Shown piece after piece: positions 39,972 through 49,610 of a stretch of 64,000 nucleotides of DNA; within the stretch, counting starts at the first letter, position 1; each line of letters opens with the position of its first letter. A program made the translations under genes and the position numbers. Under the pieces are notes generated by a model. That model had not been told where the DNA came from, made no database searches, and was given only the letters and a program-made list of their open reading frames with translations. Source of the DNA: Nitrospirota bacterium (GTDB lineage: Bacteria > UBA2233); NCBI GenBank assembly GCA_011620345.1, contig WOZJ01000050.1:151976-215975 (forward strand), written 5' to 3'.

Positions 39972-41292
39972 AAGCCTGGCGAAACTATGGAACATTGAGG
40001 ACCTTAGAAAGCGGATCCTTTATACGCTCCTCCTTCTCATCGTTTTTCGGCTTGGGGTCTATATTCCGACCCCGGGGATAGACAGAGAAGCGCTCGCCGC
40101 GTTCTTTGAGCGTTCACGAGGGACCCTTCTGGATGTCTTCGACATGTTCTCGGGCGGAGGGCTTGAGCGCTTCAGCGTGTTTGCTTTGGGTATTATGCCT
40201 TACATCAGCTCATCGATTATTTTTCAGCTCTTGGCTGTTGTTGTTCCCTCACTCGAAAAGCTTCAAAAGGAAGGAGAGTTCGGGCGCAGGAAGATCAACC
40301 AGTATACGCGCTATGCTACGCTTGCACTCGCATTCTTCCAAGGGTTTGGAATCAGCATCGGCTTAGAGCATATGGTGTCACCCGCTGGGGTACCGGTTGT
40401 TCCAGGGGGTGGAATGGGGTTTCGCCTCTTAACGGCTGTTACCGTCGCAACGGGTTCTATGTTCGTCATGTGGATCGGGGAACGGATATCCGAAAGAGGG
40501 GTGGGGAACGGTACCTCGCTGATTATTTTTGCGGGGATTGTTGCCGGCATCCCGTCGGCCATCATCAGAGTGGGGAAGCTCGTTGTGGCGGGCGAGCTAG
40601 GAATCGGCAACTTGTTGCTCGTGGGAATGATCATGCTTGCGTGCATCGTGTTTATCCTCTTTGTGGAGCGCGCTGAAAGAAGAATTCCCATACAATACGG
40701 CAGGAGAATGGTGGGATCGCACGTGCATGGGGCACAACTTTCCCATCTTCCACTGAAAGTCAATACCGCGGGAGTTATTCCACCTATTTTTGCCTCGTCG
40801 CTTCTCATGTTTCCTGCGACGTTCCTGCAGTTTCTTCCCCCGATGCAACTCGAAGGCCGGCCTTGGCTTGAGAATTTGATGTTGTACTTTGCTCCGGGAG
40901 CTTTTGGATACGAGGTCACTTATGTTATGCTTATCGTGTTCTTCACGTACTTCTACACGGCTGTCCAATTTAACCCCGAGGACGTTGCCGATAATTTAAG
41001 AAAGTACGGGAGTTTTATCCCGGGCGTTCGCCCTGGGAAGGAGACGGCCGAGTATATCGACACGATCCTGACTCGATTGACGCTATGGGGCGCCTTGTAT
41101 CTATCGGTGATCTGCGTCCTTCCGAGCGTTTTGGCGAGGGAGTTTCGAGTGCCGTTCCGGTTCGGCGGGACAGGTTTGTTGATTGTCATCGGGGTAGCAC
41201 TCGATACGATTGCGCAACTAGAGTCTCAAATGTTGGTTCGCAGCTACGACACATTTATCACGGGAGTAAGGATTCGTGGTAGGCGAGCGTGA
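39964..41292 (+). CDS. secY: Preprotein translocase SecY
   Basis: FALGIMPYISSSII, GNGTSLIIFAGI, FIPGVRPG, FGGT.LLI. Confidence 0.99.
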   Translation: MLRSLAKLWNIEDLRKRILYTLLLLIVFRLGVYIPTPGIDREALAAFFERSRGTLLDVFDMFSGGGLERFSVFALGIMPYISSSIIFQLLAVVVPSLEKLQKEGEFGRRKINQYTRYATLALAFFQGFGISIGLEHMVSPAGVPVVPGGGMGFRLLTAVTVATGSMFVMWIGERISERGVGNGTSLIIFAGIVAGIPSAIIRVGKLVVAGELGIGNLLLVGMIMLACIVFILFVERAERRIPIQYGRRMVGSHVHGAQLSHLPLKVNTAGVIPPIFASSLLMFPATFLQFLPPMQLEGRPWLENLMLYFAPGAFGYEVTYVMLIVFFTYFYTAVQFNPEDVADNLRKYGSFIPGVRPGKETAEYIDTILTRLTLWGALYLSVICVLPSVLAREFRVPFRFGGTGLLIVIGVALDTIAQLESQMLVRSYDTFITGVRIRGRRA

Positions 41293-41941
41293 GTATCGCA
41301 TCGTTCTTTTGGGCCTTCCTGGAGCGGGGAAGGGGACGCAGGGCAAGCTTCTTCAGCAGACCCTTGGGATACCAACCATATCTACGGGCGACATGCTTCG
41401 CGAAGCAATGAACGTTGGTTCGGAATTAGGCCGCATGGCGAGGTCGTATATGCAAAAAGGAGAGCTTGTCCCCGACTCCGTTATTGTGCGAATGGTTGAA
41501 GAAACCATAGGGTCGGAGCGGTGTGCCAAGGGGTTTATCCTAGACGGCTTTCCTAGGACGTACGAGCAGGCAAAGGCACTTGATGGAGCGCTCGAGGCTT
41601 GGGGCAAGACGTTGACCAAAGCGCTTTATTTTGAGCTTCCCGAAGAAGAGGCGGTTCGGCGTATTTCCGGAAGGATAGTCTGCAACAGCTGTCAGCGCAT
41701 GTACCATAACTTATTTAACCCTCCACCAACTTCTGGAAGGTGCGAATGTGGTGCAGAGCTGAGCATTCGGGAGGACGACAAAGAAGAGACTGTGCGCAAG
41801 CGGGTAGTCGTATACCGATCCCAAACGTTGCCTGTCGTAGAATATTACGGGCAAAAGGGGATCCTTTGCACTATTGACGCCTGCCCCACAATTGAAAATG
41901 TTCAGGAAAAAGCCTTGAGAGCGTTGTGCGCAAATGCTTAA
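41276..41941 (+). CDS. adk: Adenylate kinase (Cys-containing LID)
   Basis: G.PGAGKGTQ, STGDMLR, GFILDGFPR, REDD. Confidence 0.98.
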   Translation: MVGEREYRIVLLGLPGAGKGTQGKLLQQTLGIPTISTGDMLREAMNVGSELGRMARSYMQKGELVPDSVIVRMVEETIGSERCAKGFILDGFPRTYEQAKALDGALEAWGKTLTKALYFELPEEEAVRRISGRIVCNSCQRMYHNLFNPPPTSGRCECGAELSIREDDKEETVRKRVVVYRSQTLPVVEYYGQKGILCTIDACPTIENVQEKALRALCANA

Positions 41942-42713
41942 GGGCGTATTTTTGAAGTCTCCAGAAGAAGTCCAAAAGATCGCACGAGCCTGTAGGACGG
42001 CCAGTGTAATCTTGACCGAGATCCGCGGCCGCGTCAGGCCAGGCATACGGACTGCGCAGATCGATGCATGGGCACGGGAACTGTGCAGCATGAATCGTGT
42101 TAGCCCTGCATTCCTTGGGTACAGGGGATACCCGTCTGCCATTTGTGTTTCGATCAACGAAGAGGTTGTTCATGGTATCCCAGGGCAACGCATCCTAGAA
42201 GAAGGGGATGTCGTCAGCTTGGATTTTGGGGTGCGCTACGAAGGGTATTACGGGGACACGGCGCTTACGTTTGTTTTGGGCAAGCCGAATGATGTGCGCA
42301 TAACCGGGCTACTCGAAGCGACCGAAGCGGCTCTATGGAAAGGAATCGAGAAAGCCAGGCCTGGAGGCAGAATTGGGGACATTTCTGCCGCTATCCAGAG
42401 GACGATCGAAGCGCAAGGTTTTTCTGTTGTCCGGGAGTTCGTTGGCCATGGCCTTGGAAAGCATCTGCATGAAGAGCCCCAGATTCCAGGATATGGACAA
42501 GAAGGAACTGGCCTTAGAATTCAGCCAGGTATGGTGTTTGCGATTGAACCCATGGCCAATCTTGGCGCCTGCAACGTAGAAATTTTGAAAGATGGCTGGA
42601 CAGCGGTCACAAAAGATAGGTCCGTATCGGCTCATTATGAGCATACCCTTGCCGTAACGGATGGGGGAAATCAAGTTCTAACGCTTATTTCAGCTTCAGG
42701 TATAGGGTCTTAG
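41934..42713 (+). CDS. map: Methionine aminopeptidase type I
   Basis: [35 protein letters not shown]. Confidence 0.99.
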   Translation: MLKGVFLKSPEEVQKIARACRTASVILTEIRGRVRPGIRTAQIDAWARELCSMNRVSPAFLGYRGYPSAICVSINEEVVHGIPGQRILEEGDVVSLDFGVRYEGYYGDTALTFVLGKPNDVRITGLLEATEAALWKGIEKARPGGRIGDISAAIQRTIEAQGFSVVREFVGHGLGKHLHEEPQIPGYGQEGTGLRIQPGMVFAIEPMANLGACNVEILKDGWTAVTKDRSVSAHYEHTLAVTDGGNQVLTLISASGIGS

Positions 42714-42723
42714 GGAGCATAGG

Positions 42724-42948
42724 GTGCCAAAAGAAGAGTCGATAGAGGTTGAAGGCGTCGTTGTAGAAGCCCTTCCAAACGCGATGTTTCGAGTCGAGCT
42801 TAAGAACGGGCATAAAATTTTGGCTACCATTTCAGGGAAGATGCGAATGCATTACATCAAGATCCTGGCCGGCGATACCGTTGTGGTGGAGCTTTCGCCG
42901 TACGATCTAGCAAGGGGTAGGATCACCTACAGGGAGAGGGACAGGTAA
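42724..42948 (+). CDS. infA: Translation initiation factor IF-1
   Basis: [27 protein letters not shown]. Confidence 0.99.
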   Translation: MPKEESIEVEGVVVEALPNAMFRVELKNGHKILATISGKMRMHYIKILAGDTVVVELSPYDLARGRITYRERDR

Positions 42949-43061
42949 TGAAGGTTCGAGCCTCCGTCAAGCGGATTTGTGGGAAATGTAAGGTGATTAA
43001 GCGTCATGGCATCATACGGATTGTCTGCGAAAATCCGAAACACAAGCAACGCCAAGGATAA
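42948..43061 (+). CDS. rpmJ: 50S ribosomal protein L36 (37 aa; not in ORF track)
   Basis: Manual translation [37 protein letters not shown]; TAATG coupling with infA. Confidence 0.98.
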   Translation: MKVRASVKRICGKCKVIKRHGIIRIVCENPKHKQRQG

Positions 43062-43069
43062 GGTTAGAG

Positions 43070-43444
43070 ATGGCAAGAATTGTTGGGGTTGACCTTCCGG
43101 AACACAAGCGTCTTTTTATCGCTCTCACTGCGATCTACGGAATAGGCCGGAGTAGGGCGATGAAAGCCTTGGAAGACTGTGGAATCGATTCGTTCAGAAA
43201 AGTTGCGGACCTCTCTGATGTCGAGCTCAACCTTCTCAGGAAGCATATTGAAGATACCTACCGGGTTGAAGGCGAGCTCCGCAGAGAGGTTATGATGAAC
43301 ATCAAAAGACTCATGGATCTTGGTTGCTATAGGGGGTTACGTCACAGGAGAGGTTTGCCGGTCCGTGGTCAACGGACCCGAACCAACTCTAGGACTCGTA
43401 AGGGGCCGAGAAGGCAGATCGGCGGTAGAAAGAAAAAAGCCTAG
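43070..43444 (+). CDS. rpsM: 30S ribosomal protein S13
   Basis: [25 protein letters not shown]. Confidence 0.99.
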   Translation: MARIVGVDLPEHKRLFIALTAIYGIGRSRAMKALEDCGIDSFRKVADLSDVELNLLRKHIEDTYRVEGELRREVMMNIKRLMDLGCYRGLRHRRGLPVRGQRTRTNSRTRKGPRRQIGGRKKKA

Positions 43445-43452
43445 GAGCGTTC

Positions 43453-43839
43453 ATGGCAAAGGTTCAAAGAAAAGTCAAGAAGGTTAAAAGAGCAGTTCAA
43501 AGTGGGATTGCACATGTCCATGCCTCCTTCAACAACACGATCATCTCTTTGACAGACGTGGAGGGGAACGTCTTGGCATGGACGAGCGCGGGTATAGCGG
43601 GGTTTAAGGGCTCAAGTAAAAGCACTCCTTACGCCGCTCAACAGGCGACCGAGGATGTCTCCAAGAAAGCGCAAGCCTATGGCCTTAAGAACCTCCAAGT
43701 ATACGTCAAAGGTCCGGGACCAGGAAGAGAGGCCACCATTCGGACCCTTCAGGCGTGCGGGTTTAATGTTACCCTTATTAGGGACGTTACTCCTATTCCC
43801 CACAACGGTTGTAAACCGCCTAAAAGACGGCGGGTCTAA
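43453..43839 (+). CDS. rpsK: 30S ribosomal protein S11
   Basis: [25 protein letters not shown]. Confidence 0.99.
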   Translation: MAKVQRKVKKVKRAVQSGIAHVHASFNNTIISLTDVEGNVLAWTSAGIAGFKGSSKSTPYAAQQATEDVSKKAQAYGLKNLQVYVKGPGPGREATIRTLQACGFNVTLIRDVTPIPHNGCKPPKRRRV

Positions 43840-43878
43840 GAACCCTCACCATCGGAACTCTTGAGGAGGTAAGGCTCT

Positions 43879-44505
43879 GTGGCAAGATATTCGGATTCTG
43901 TGTGTAGACTGTGTAGGCGGGAAGGGACAAAGCTCTTCTTGAAGGGCACGCGTTGCGTCTCTGACAAATGCGCCATTGACAGGCGCGCTTATCCACCCGG
44001 GCTTCATGGTAAAGCGCGCGGCAAGCTGACAGACTACGGCATGCAGCTTCGAGAGAAACAAAAAATCAAGCGTTTGTACCGCATGATGGAGGACCAGTTT
44101 CGGATTTTCTTCGAACGGGCATCGCGGAAAAGGGGGAACGCGGGCGAGAATTTGCTTACCTTGCTCGAGCGGCGGTTGGATACCGTTACGCACAGGCTTG
44201 GTTTTGCCAGGTCTCAGGCGGAAGCAAGACAGTCGGTTCTACATGGCCATATCCTCGTCAATGGCCGAGCGGTTGATATCCCGTCTTATATAGTTCGGGA
44301 AAGCGACGTCATTGAAGTAAGGTCCAAGGACAAGGAGAAAGAGTTTATTCAGGAGCGTACCGAGGCGTTAGCCCGGCATAGCGCCCCTTCATGGCTCTCT
44401 CTCGACCCTGGACAGCTGAAAGCTCAGGTAATGCGCCTTCCTTCGAGGGAAGACATTCCTTTCGAAGTTAAAGAGCAACTGGTGGTCGAGCTTTACTCGA
44501 AATAA
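43879..44505 (+). CDS. rpsD: 30S ribosomal protein S4 (Zn-finger form)
   Basis: CRLCRREG.KLFLKG.RC...KC, QLREKQK, LERRLD, VVELYSK. Confidence 0.99.
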   Translation: MARYSDSVCRLCRREGTKLFLKGTRCVSDKCAIDRRAYPPGLHGKARGKLTDYGMQLREKQKIKRLYRMMEDQFRIFFERASRKRGNAGENLLTLLERRLDTVTHRLGFARSQAEARQSVLHGHILVNGRAVDIPSYIVRESDVIEVRSKDKEKEFIQERTEALARHSAPSWLSLDPGQLKAQVMRLPSREDIPFEVKEQLVVELYSK

Positions 44506-44519
44506 TACAAGGACGGTTT

Positions 44520-45572
44520 ATGAGCATGGATGCGAAGGTTTGGCAAGGGCTGATCAAGCCGAGCAAGTACCGAAAGCACGAGGGGTCGAGCACTTCTTAC
44601 GGCAAGTTCAGCTGGGAACCGCTAGAGACTGGGTTTGGAATAACCCTTGGAAACGCGCTTCGACGTGTTCTCCTTTCATCCATCGAGGGGGCTGCTATTA
44701 CGAGCGTGCGCGTGGACAATGTATATCACGAGTTCTCAACGATTCCCGGCGTTGTCGAGGATTTCCTCAATATTATCCTGAACCTTAAGCAAGTTCGGCT
44801 TCGAGTGTATAGCGAAGAGACCCAAACCATGTACCTAAAGGCCACAGGTCCAAAGGTCGTGCGGGCCGGGGATATTGAAGTTTCGCATAACGTGACCATT
44901 GTGAACCCAGAAAAGGAGATTTGTACGCTTGATTCCGACGCGAGTCTCCACATGGAAGTAACGGCCGCGAAGGGACGAGGCTACGAGCAAGCCAAAACTA
45001 CCAGGGATGTCGAAGGGCCGATCGGGTATATACCGATCGATGCCATTTACTCGCCGGTTACAAAGGTGACCTTTGCAGTAACCCCTGCACGCGTAGAACA
45101 TCGTACCGATTATGATCGCCTTACGCTTGAGGTATGGACCGACGGAACCCTAACGCCCGAAGAGGCCGTTACGATCAGTGCCAAAATCCTGCAGGATCAG
45201 CTTAACGTCTTCGTGTTCCCTGAAATCCAAGGAGATGCCCAGCCCGCTCACCGGGAGGCGATTGAAGCTGCTCCCCTAAAAGAGGTGCTTCTATCCAAAA
45301 TCGAAGAGCTGGAAGTTTCCCACAGGACGATCAATACTCTCAGGAGTACCAACGTTTACTATATCGGCGAGCTGGTCCAAAAGAGCGAGGAGGAGCTCCT
45401 TCAAGCGAAGAACTTGGGAAAAAAGTCTGTAGGTGAGCTCAAAGAGGCCTTGGCGCGGCTTGGGCTGACGCTTGGCATGCAGGTTGATCAAGAGGCATTC
45501 CTCGAACACCTTAAAACCCGCCTCCGGGAGGGGGAATATGAAACACAGGATCGCACATCGCAAGCTGGGTAG
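44520..45572 (+). CDS. rpoA: RNA polymerase alpha subunit
   Basis: EPLETGFG.TLGNALRRVLLSS, HEFSTIPGV.ED, NLGKKS. Confidence 0.99.
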   Translation: MSMDAKVWQGLIKPSKYRKHEGSSTSYGKFSWEPLETGFGITLGNALRRVLLSSIEGAAITSVRVDNVYHEFSTIPGVVEDFLNIILNLKQVRLRVYSEETQTMYLKATGPKVVRAGDIEVSHNVTIVNPEKEICTLDSDASLHMEVTAAKGRGYEQAKTTRDVEGPIGYIPIDAIYSPVTKVTFAVTPARVEHRTDYDRLTLEVWTDGTLTPEEAVTISAKILQDQLNVFVFPEIQGDAQPAHREAIEAAPLKEVLLSKIEELEVSHRTINTLRSTNVYYIGELVQKSEEELLQAKNLGKKSVGELKEALARLGLTLGMQVDQEAFLEHLKTRLREGEYETQDRTSQAG

Positions 45573-45891
45573 GAACACGTCTCACAGGTTGGCTCTTCTG
45601 CGCAACCTTTTGAGATCATTGATCCTTCATGGAAAAATTCAAACGACCCATGAGAAGGCCAAAGAAGCCGGCCGCCTTTTTGATCGCATGGTTGGCCGGG
45701 CGAAAAAGGGCGATCTTGCCAGCGTTCGGCTGATCGCACGCGTCCTCGTCGAAAGGGACATCGTCAGAAGGCTTGTCGCGGAGATTGCCCCGAAAATGCA
45801 AACGCGATCGTCCGGATTTACGCGGATCATAAAAATAGGGTTTCGACGGGGAGATGGCGCAGGTGTCAGCATCCTGGAAATCGTGGAGTAG
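45538..45891 (+). CDS. rplQ: 50S ribosomal protein L17
   Basis: MKHR...RKLGR..SHR, IQTT..KAKE, GFTRIIK...RRGD; overlaps rpoA by 35 nt. Confidence 0.98.
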   Translation: MKHRIAHRKLGRNTSHRLALLRNLLRSLILHGKIQTTHEKAKEAGRLFDRMVGRAKKGDLASVRLIARVLVERDIVRRLVAEIAPKMQTRSSGFTRIIKIGFRRGDGAGVSILEIVE

Positions 45892-46630
45892 GGCCTTTGG
45901 TTTCATCGCCCTGTTCGGGGCTATAGCGTTAGGTTGTACCTATTCAGGGTATCTTGGCAACGAAAACAGAGAAGGGGGCGCCGCGCTTACGCTCCCTTCT
46001 CGCGTACTTCGTGTAACCCACAAGTCCGATAGGCTTGCAGGGGTAAAAACGCTTCTGCTCGTCCCCTTCGTTTCCTACCCAAACAAGGAGGGGGAAATCC
46101 TGAAAGATCCGCTTGTAGGTGCGGTCTTTTCCAAAGGGCTTTGTCCTGTACAGTCTGGGTATACTCTTTACCGAATGCTCGAAGATGCGCTTCGGCCTAT
46201 GCCTGAGCCGAAAATTATTTATACCGATGAGCCTGAAGGGGTTCAGGCTACGGTATGGGAGTATGCTAAGAAACGTGGAGAATTTGGAGAAGCCTTGAGC
46301 TCGTACCTTATCGACCGCGTAAAGGAAACAGGTGCGGATGCGGTTTTGAGTGGGGTTGTATATCGCTATAAGGAAAGGGTTGGGGAAGCGCTTGGTGCGG
46401 AAGAGCCCGCTAGTATCGCCTTTAGCGTATTCGTGCTTTCTAGGGACGGGGGGCTTCTTTTTGGTGGGGCTGTGGATAAAACCCAAAAAGAGCTGCTGGG
46501 CAACATTACAGATGTGGGCTATTACGTCAAAGGCGGGTTAAGTTGGTGGCCCGTGGGGCGCCTTGCGCGTTTCGGCATCGATGAAGTTGCAAGCACCCTA
46601 CGAAGCGCGTTTTCTGCGCCTAAAGAATAG
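45854..46630 (+). CDS. Putative lipoprotein of unknown function
   Basis: Hydrophobic N-terminus with lipobox ALGC; fills the rplQ-glyQ gap; start uncertain. Confidence 0.7.
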   Translation: MAQVSASWKSWSRAFGFIALFGAIALGCTYSGYLGNENREGGAALTLPSRVLRVTHKSDRLAGVKTLLLVPFVSYPNKEGEILKDPLVGAVFSKGLCPVQSGYTLYRMLEDALRPMPEPKIIYTDEPEGVQATVWEYAKKRGEFGEALSSYLIDRVKETGADAVLSGVVYRYKERVGEALGAEEPASIAFSVFVLSRDGGLLFGGAVDKTQKELLGNITDVGYYVKGGLSWWPVGRLARFGIDEVASTLRSAFSAPKE

Positions 46631-46637
46631 CGATGCG

Positions 46638-47498
46638 ATGATTAGCCTTCAAGATCTTATTCTTAGGCTACTTTCGTTCTGGGGTTCTCGGGGGTGCGTG
46701 GTTGGACAGCCTTACGGCCTGGAGGTTGGGGCAGGGACGTTTAATCCGCTGACTTTTTTGCGTGTGCTTGGACCGGATCCATGGAACGTGGCATACGTGG
46801 AGCCCTGTCGAAGGCCAGCCGATGGACGCTATGCCGAAAACCCCAATCGTCTTCAACGCTACTACCAACTCCAGGTGATTTTGAAGCCTTCGCCGAAGAA
46901 TTGCCAGGAGCTCTATCTGGATAGCCTTGCCTTTCTTGGTCTTGATCTTGGGCGCCACGATGTCCGCTTTGTAGAAGACGACTGGGAGTCTCCTACGCTT
47001 GGAGCGAGCGGGCTTGGCTGGGAGGTTTGGCTGGACGGGATGGAGATTACTCAGTTTACCTATATGCAGCAAATGGGCGGGATTGAACTTTTTCCCGTAT
47101 CGCTCGAAATTACTTACGGCCTTGAGCGAATTGCAATGTATCTCCAAGGTGTGGAATCTATTTTTGATATCCTTTGGAACGATACTGCAACCTACGGCGA
47201 TATTCACAGGCTTGAAGAGTATCAATTCTGCAAGTACAACTTCGAACAATCTGACCCGGATATGCTCCGGGAAATGTTCAATACATTCGAGAAAGAGAGC
47301 AATAGGCTTCTTGGCCTGAGGCTGATATACCCAGGGTATGATGCCTGCTTAAAATGCTCACACATTTTTAACTTGCTCGATGCTAGAGGGGCCTTAGCTC
47401 ACACTCAAAGGGTTGCCTATATAGGCCGGGTACGCATGCTTGCAAAACGGGCCGCTCAAGCTTATATGGAGCAAATCCAGGGGGAAGATCTTGCCTGA
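46638..47498 (+). CDS. glyQ: Glycine--tRNA ligase alpha subunit
   Basis: [42 protein letters not shown]. Confidence 0.99.
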   Translation: MISLQDLILRLLSFWGSRGCVVGQPYGLEVGAGTFNPLTFLRVLGPDPWNVAYVEPCRRPADGRYAENPNRLQRYYQLQVILKPSPKNCQELYLDSLAFLGLDLGRHDVRFVEDDWESPTLGASGLGWEVWLDGMEITQFTYMQQMGGIELFPVSLEITYGLERIAMYLQGVESIFDILWNDTATYGDIHRLEEYQFCKYNFEQSDPDMLREMFNTFEKESNRLLGLRLIYPGYDACLKCSHIFNLLDARGALAHTQRVAYIGRVRMLAKRAAQAYMEQIQGEDLA

Positions 47499-49590
47499 TT
47501 TGCTTTTTGAGCTTGGTGTAGAAGAAATGCCGGCGAAAGCGATTGAGCCTGCGATCGAAAAGCTTCGGTTGTCGGTGAACGAGGGGTTTGCTCGCTATGG
47601 ACTTAAAGTAGCGAACGGACGATCTTTTGGGACTCCAAGGAGGCTTGGTCTGCTTCTAACTGACGTTCCTGAAGGAACGGCAGACCGCCTTGAGCGTGTT
47701 TTTGGCCCTCCTGCACGTGTCGCGATGGAGAATGCAGATGCTCTTTCGCCAAAAGGCATCGCATTTGTAGAGAGCCAAGGGCCTAACGTGATTCGGTGGT
47801 TCGTTGAATCCACTAAGCGAGGAGAAGCGCTTTGCGTTGAAAGGCGTATTCCTGGGACTCCTTTGTATGACCTTGCCCCAAAGGTATTTCTTGAGGCCCT
47901 AGCTGCGCTCTCGTTTCCTAAAGTGATGCGCTGGGGCTCCTCGCGGGAAACGTTTGTACGTCCTGTACGGTGGATTCTTGCCCTTTTGAACGAGAAAATC
48001 CTCCCTATCGAACGCTATGGTCTAAAAAGCGGAGGCATCAGCTACCCTCATCGCCATAAGGGGTTTGCCCCCGTACGCATTCCGCATCCGCAGGATTACG
48101 TTTCCCTTATGGAAGAAGGGTTTGTCTCGGTTTTTTCGGAGGATCGCAAGACAAATATCCTGAAGCAGATCCAAGAACTTTTGCTCGATTCCGAACATCT
48201 AGGAGAGCTCAAAGAGCGGGCGATTGAAGAGGTCGTCCAGCTTACCGAGTGGCCAAGGGCGTTGATCGGAAGCTTCGATGAACGCTTCATGGCTCTTCCT
48301 GGGTTTGCGATAGAGCATGTGATTTTCAGGCATCAGAAATGTCTGGCCGTGTACCAAAAGAGCTCCAAGAATATCCTCCCTAAGTTTGTCGCCGTCGCTA
48401 ACCTTCCAGAAAGCGACCTATGTCTTGTAAGGCAGGGGTTTGAGCGTGTTGTTCGGGCAAGGCTTGAGGATGCCCTTTTTTACTTTAACCAGGATCTTAA
48501 GCGGCCACTCCTCGAGCGCTTCGAAGCGCTTGGCGGAATTCTCGAGCATGAAAAGCTTGGGACTCTTGCGGACAAAGCTGGACGGCTTGAGGCAATTTGC
48601 TCATCTTTAAGCCTGCCTTTTTTGGAGGGGGTTGCACACGAAAAGCTATCTTTAATAATAAAGTTGATGAAATGCGATCTAGCTACCCAGATGGTCGGGG
48701 AGTTTCCGGAACTCCAAGGACGCATAGGGGAAGAATATGCCCGCCATTTTGGCTACGGAGAGGAAGCGGCTCGTGCGATTCATGAATCAACGCTCCCGTT
48801 GCCAAATCGAGCCGAGCTTCCTGAGTCGCCGATAGGAATATCCTTGAGTATACTGGAGAAGCTCGATACGCTCTCCGGGTTTGCCTTGATCGGGTTGCTC
48901 CCGACAGCCGCGCAAGATCCCTACGCCTTACGAAGAAAGGCGCTCGCGCTCGTGCGGGTCATCTTAGGGCGAGATCTTCCCCTTGATGTAGGGGCCCTTT
49001 TTGATGCCGCATTCGCAGCATACGAGAGCCGTATGGGCATGAAGGTACCACCGGGCGCGCGGGCGTCAGCGCTATCGTTCGTGACGGCCCGCTTGGAATC
49101 GTTCCTCGAATCCAATGGGTACGCAAAGGATGCTCTACAGGCGGTTCTTGCTCGCAGCCGTGGGGTCTTCTTAGGGGACCTAAGGAAGCTGGATGCCCTT
49201 GCAAGCGCACGCCAAAGGGGTGCTTTCGGAGCAATAGGGCTGAACATAAAACGGATTCGGAACATTCTCCCTGAGAACGATCCCTACCTTACGCACGCGG
49301 AACGCCTTTCCAAATCTGTCTATGAACTCGAGGAAGAGAGGGCACTGCTCGAGGCCTTTCAAAAGCTTGAAAGTGCCATTGATAAGGCCGGGTCCTCGCT
49401 TGCCTATGATGGCGCTATGAATGCCTTGGAAGACCTCAAAGATCCGCTCGAGCGTTTTTTTGCCCGCGTTATGGTCAACGTCGAAGACCGCCATGTTCGC
49501 GCAAAGCGCATCGCCCTGCTGGCTTATGGTTACAATCTCGTGGACACGATCCTGGACTTTTCGAGGTTATCCCTAGAGAAGTCTTCCTAA
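47491..49590 (+). CDS. glyS: Glycine--tRNA ligase beta subunit
   Basis: [39 protein letters not shown]; TTG 47491 likely start. Confidence 0.97.
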   Translation: MPDLLFELGVEEMPAKAIEPAIEKLRLSVNEGFARYGLKVANGRSFGTPRRLGLLLTDVPEGTADRLERVFGPPARVAMENADALSPKGIAFVESQGPNVIRWFVESTKRGEALCVERRIPGTPLYDLAPKVFLEALAALSFPKVMRWGSSRETFVRPVRWILALLNEKILPIERYGLKSGGISYPHRHKGFAPVRIPHPQDYVSLMEEGFVSVFSEDRKTNILKQIQELLLDSEHLGELKERAIEEVVQLTEWPRALIGSFDERFMALPGFAIEHVIFRHQKCLAVYQKSSKNILPKFVAVANLPESDLCLVRQGFERVVRARLEDALFYFNQDLKRPLLERFEALGGILEHEKLGTLADKAGRLEAICSSLSLPFLEGVAHEKLSLIIKLMKCDLATQMVGEFPELQGRIGEEYARHFGYGEEAARAIHESTLPLPNRAELPESPIGISLSILEKLDTLSGFALIGLLPTAAQDPYALRRKALALVRVILGRDLPLDVGALFDAAFAAYESRMGMKVPPGARASALSFVTARLESFLESNGYAKDALQAVLARSRGVFLGDLRKLDALASARQRGAFGAIGLNIKRIRNILPENDPYLTHAERLSKSVYELEEERALLEAFQKLESAIDKAGSSLAYDGAMNALEDLKDPLERFFARVMVNVEDRHVRAKRIALLAYGYNLVDTILDFSRLSLEKSS

Positions 49591-49610
49591 TTTGAACTGG
49601 GGAGGTTCGC

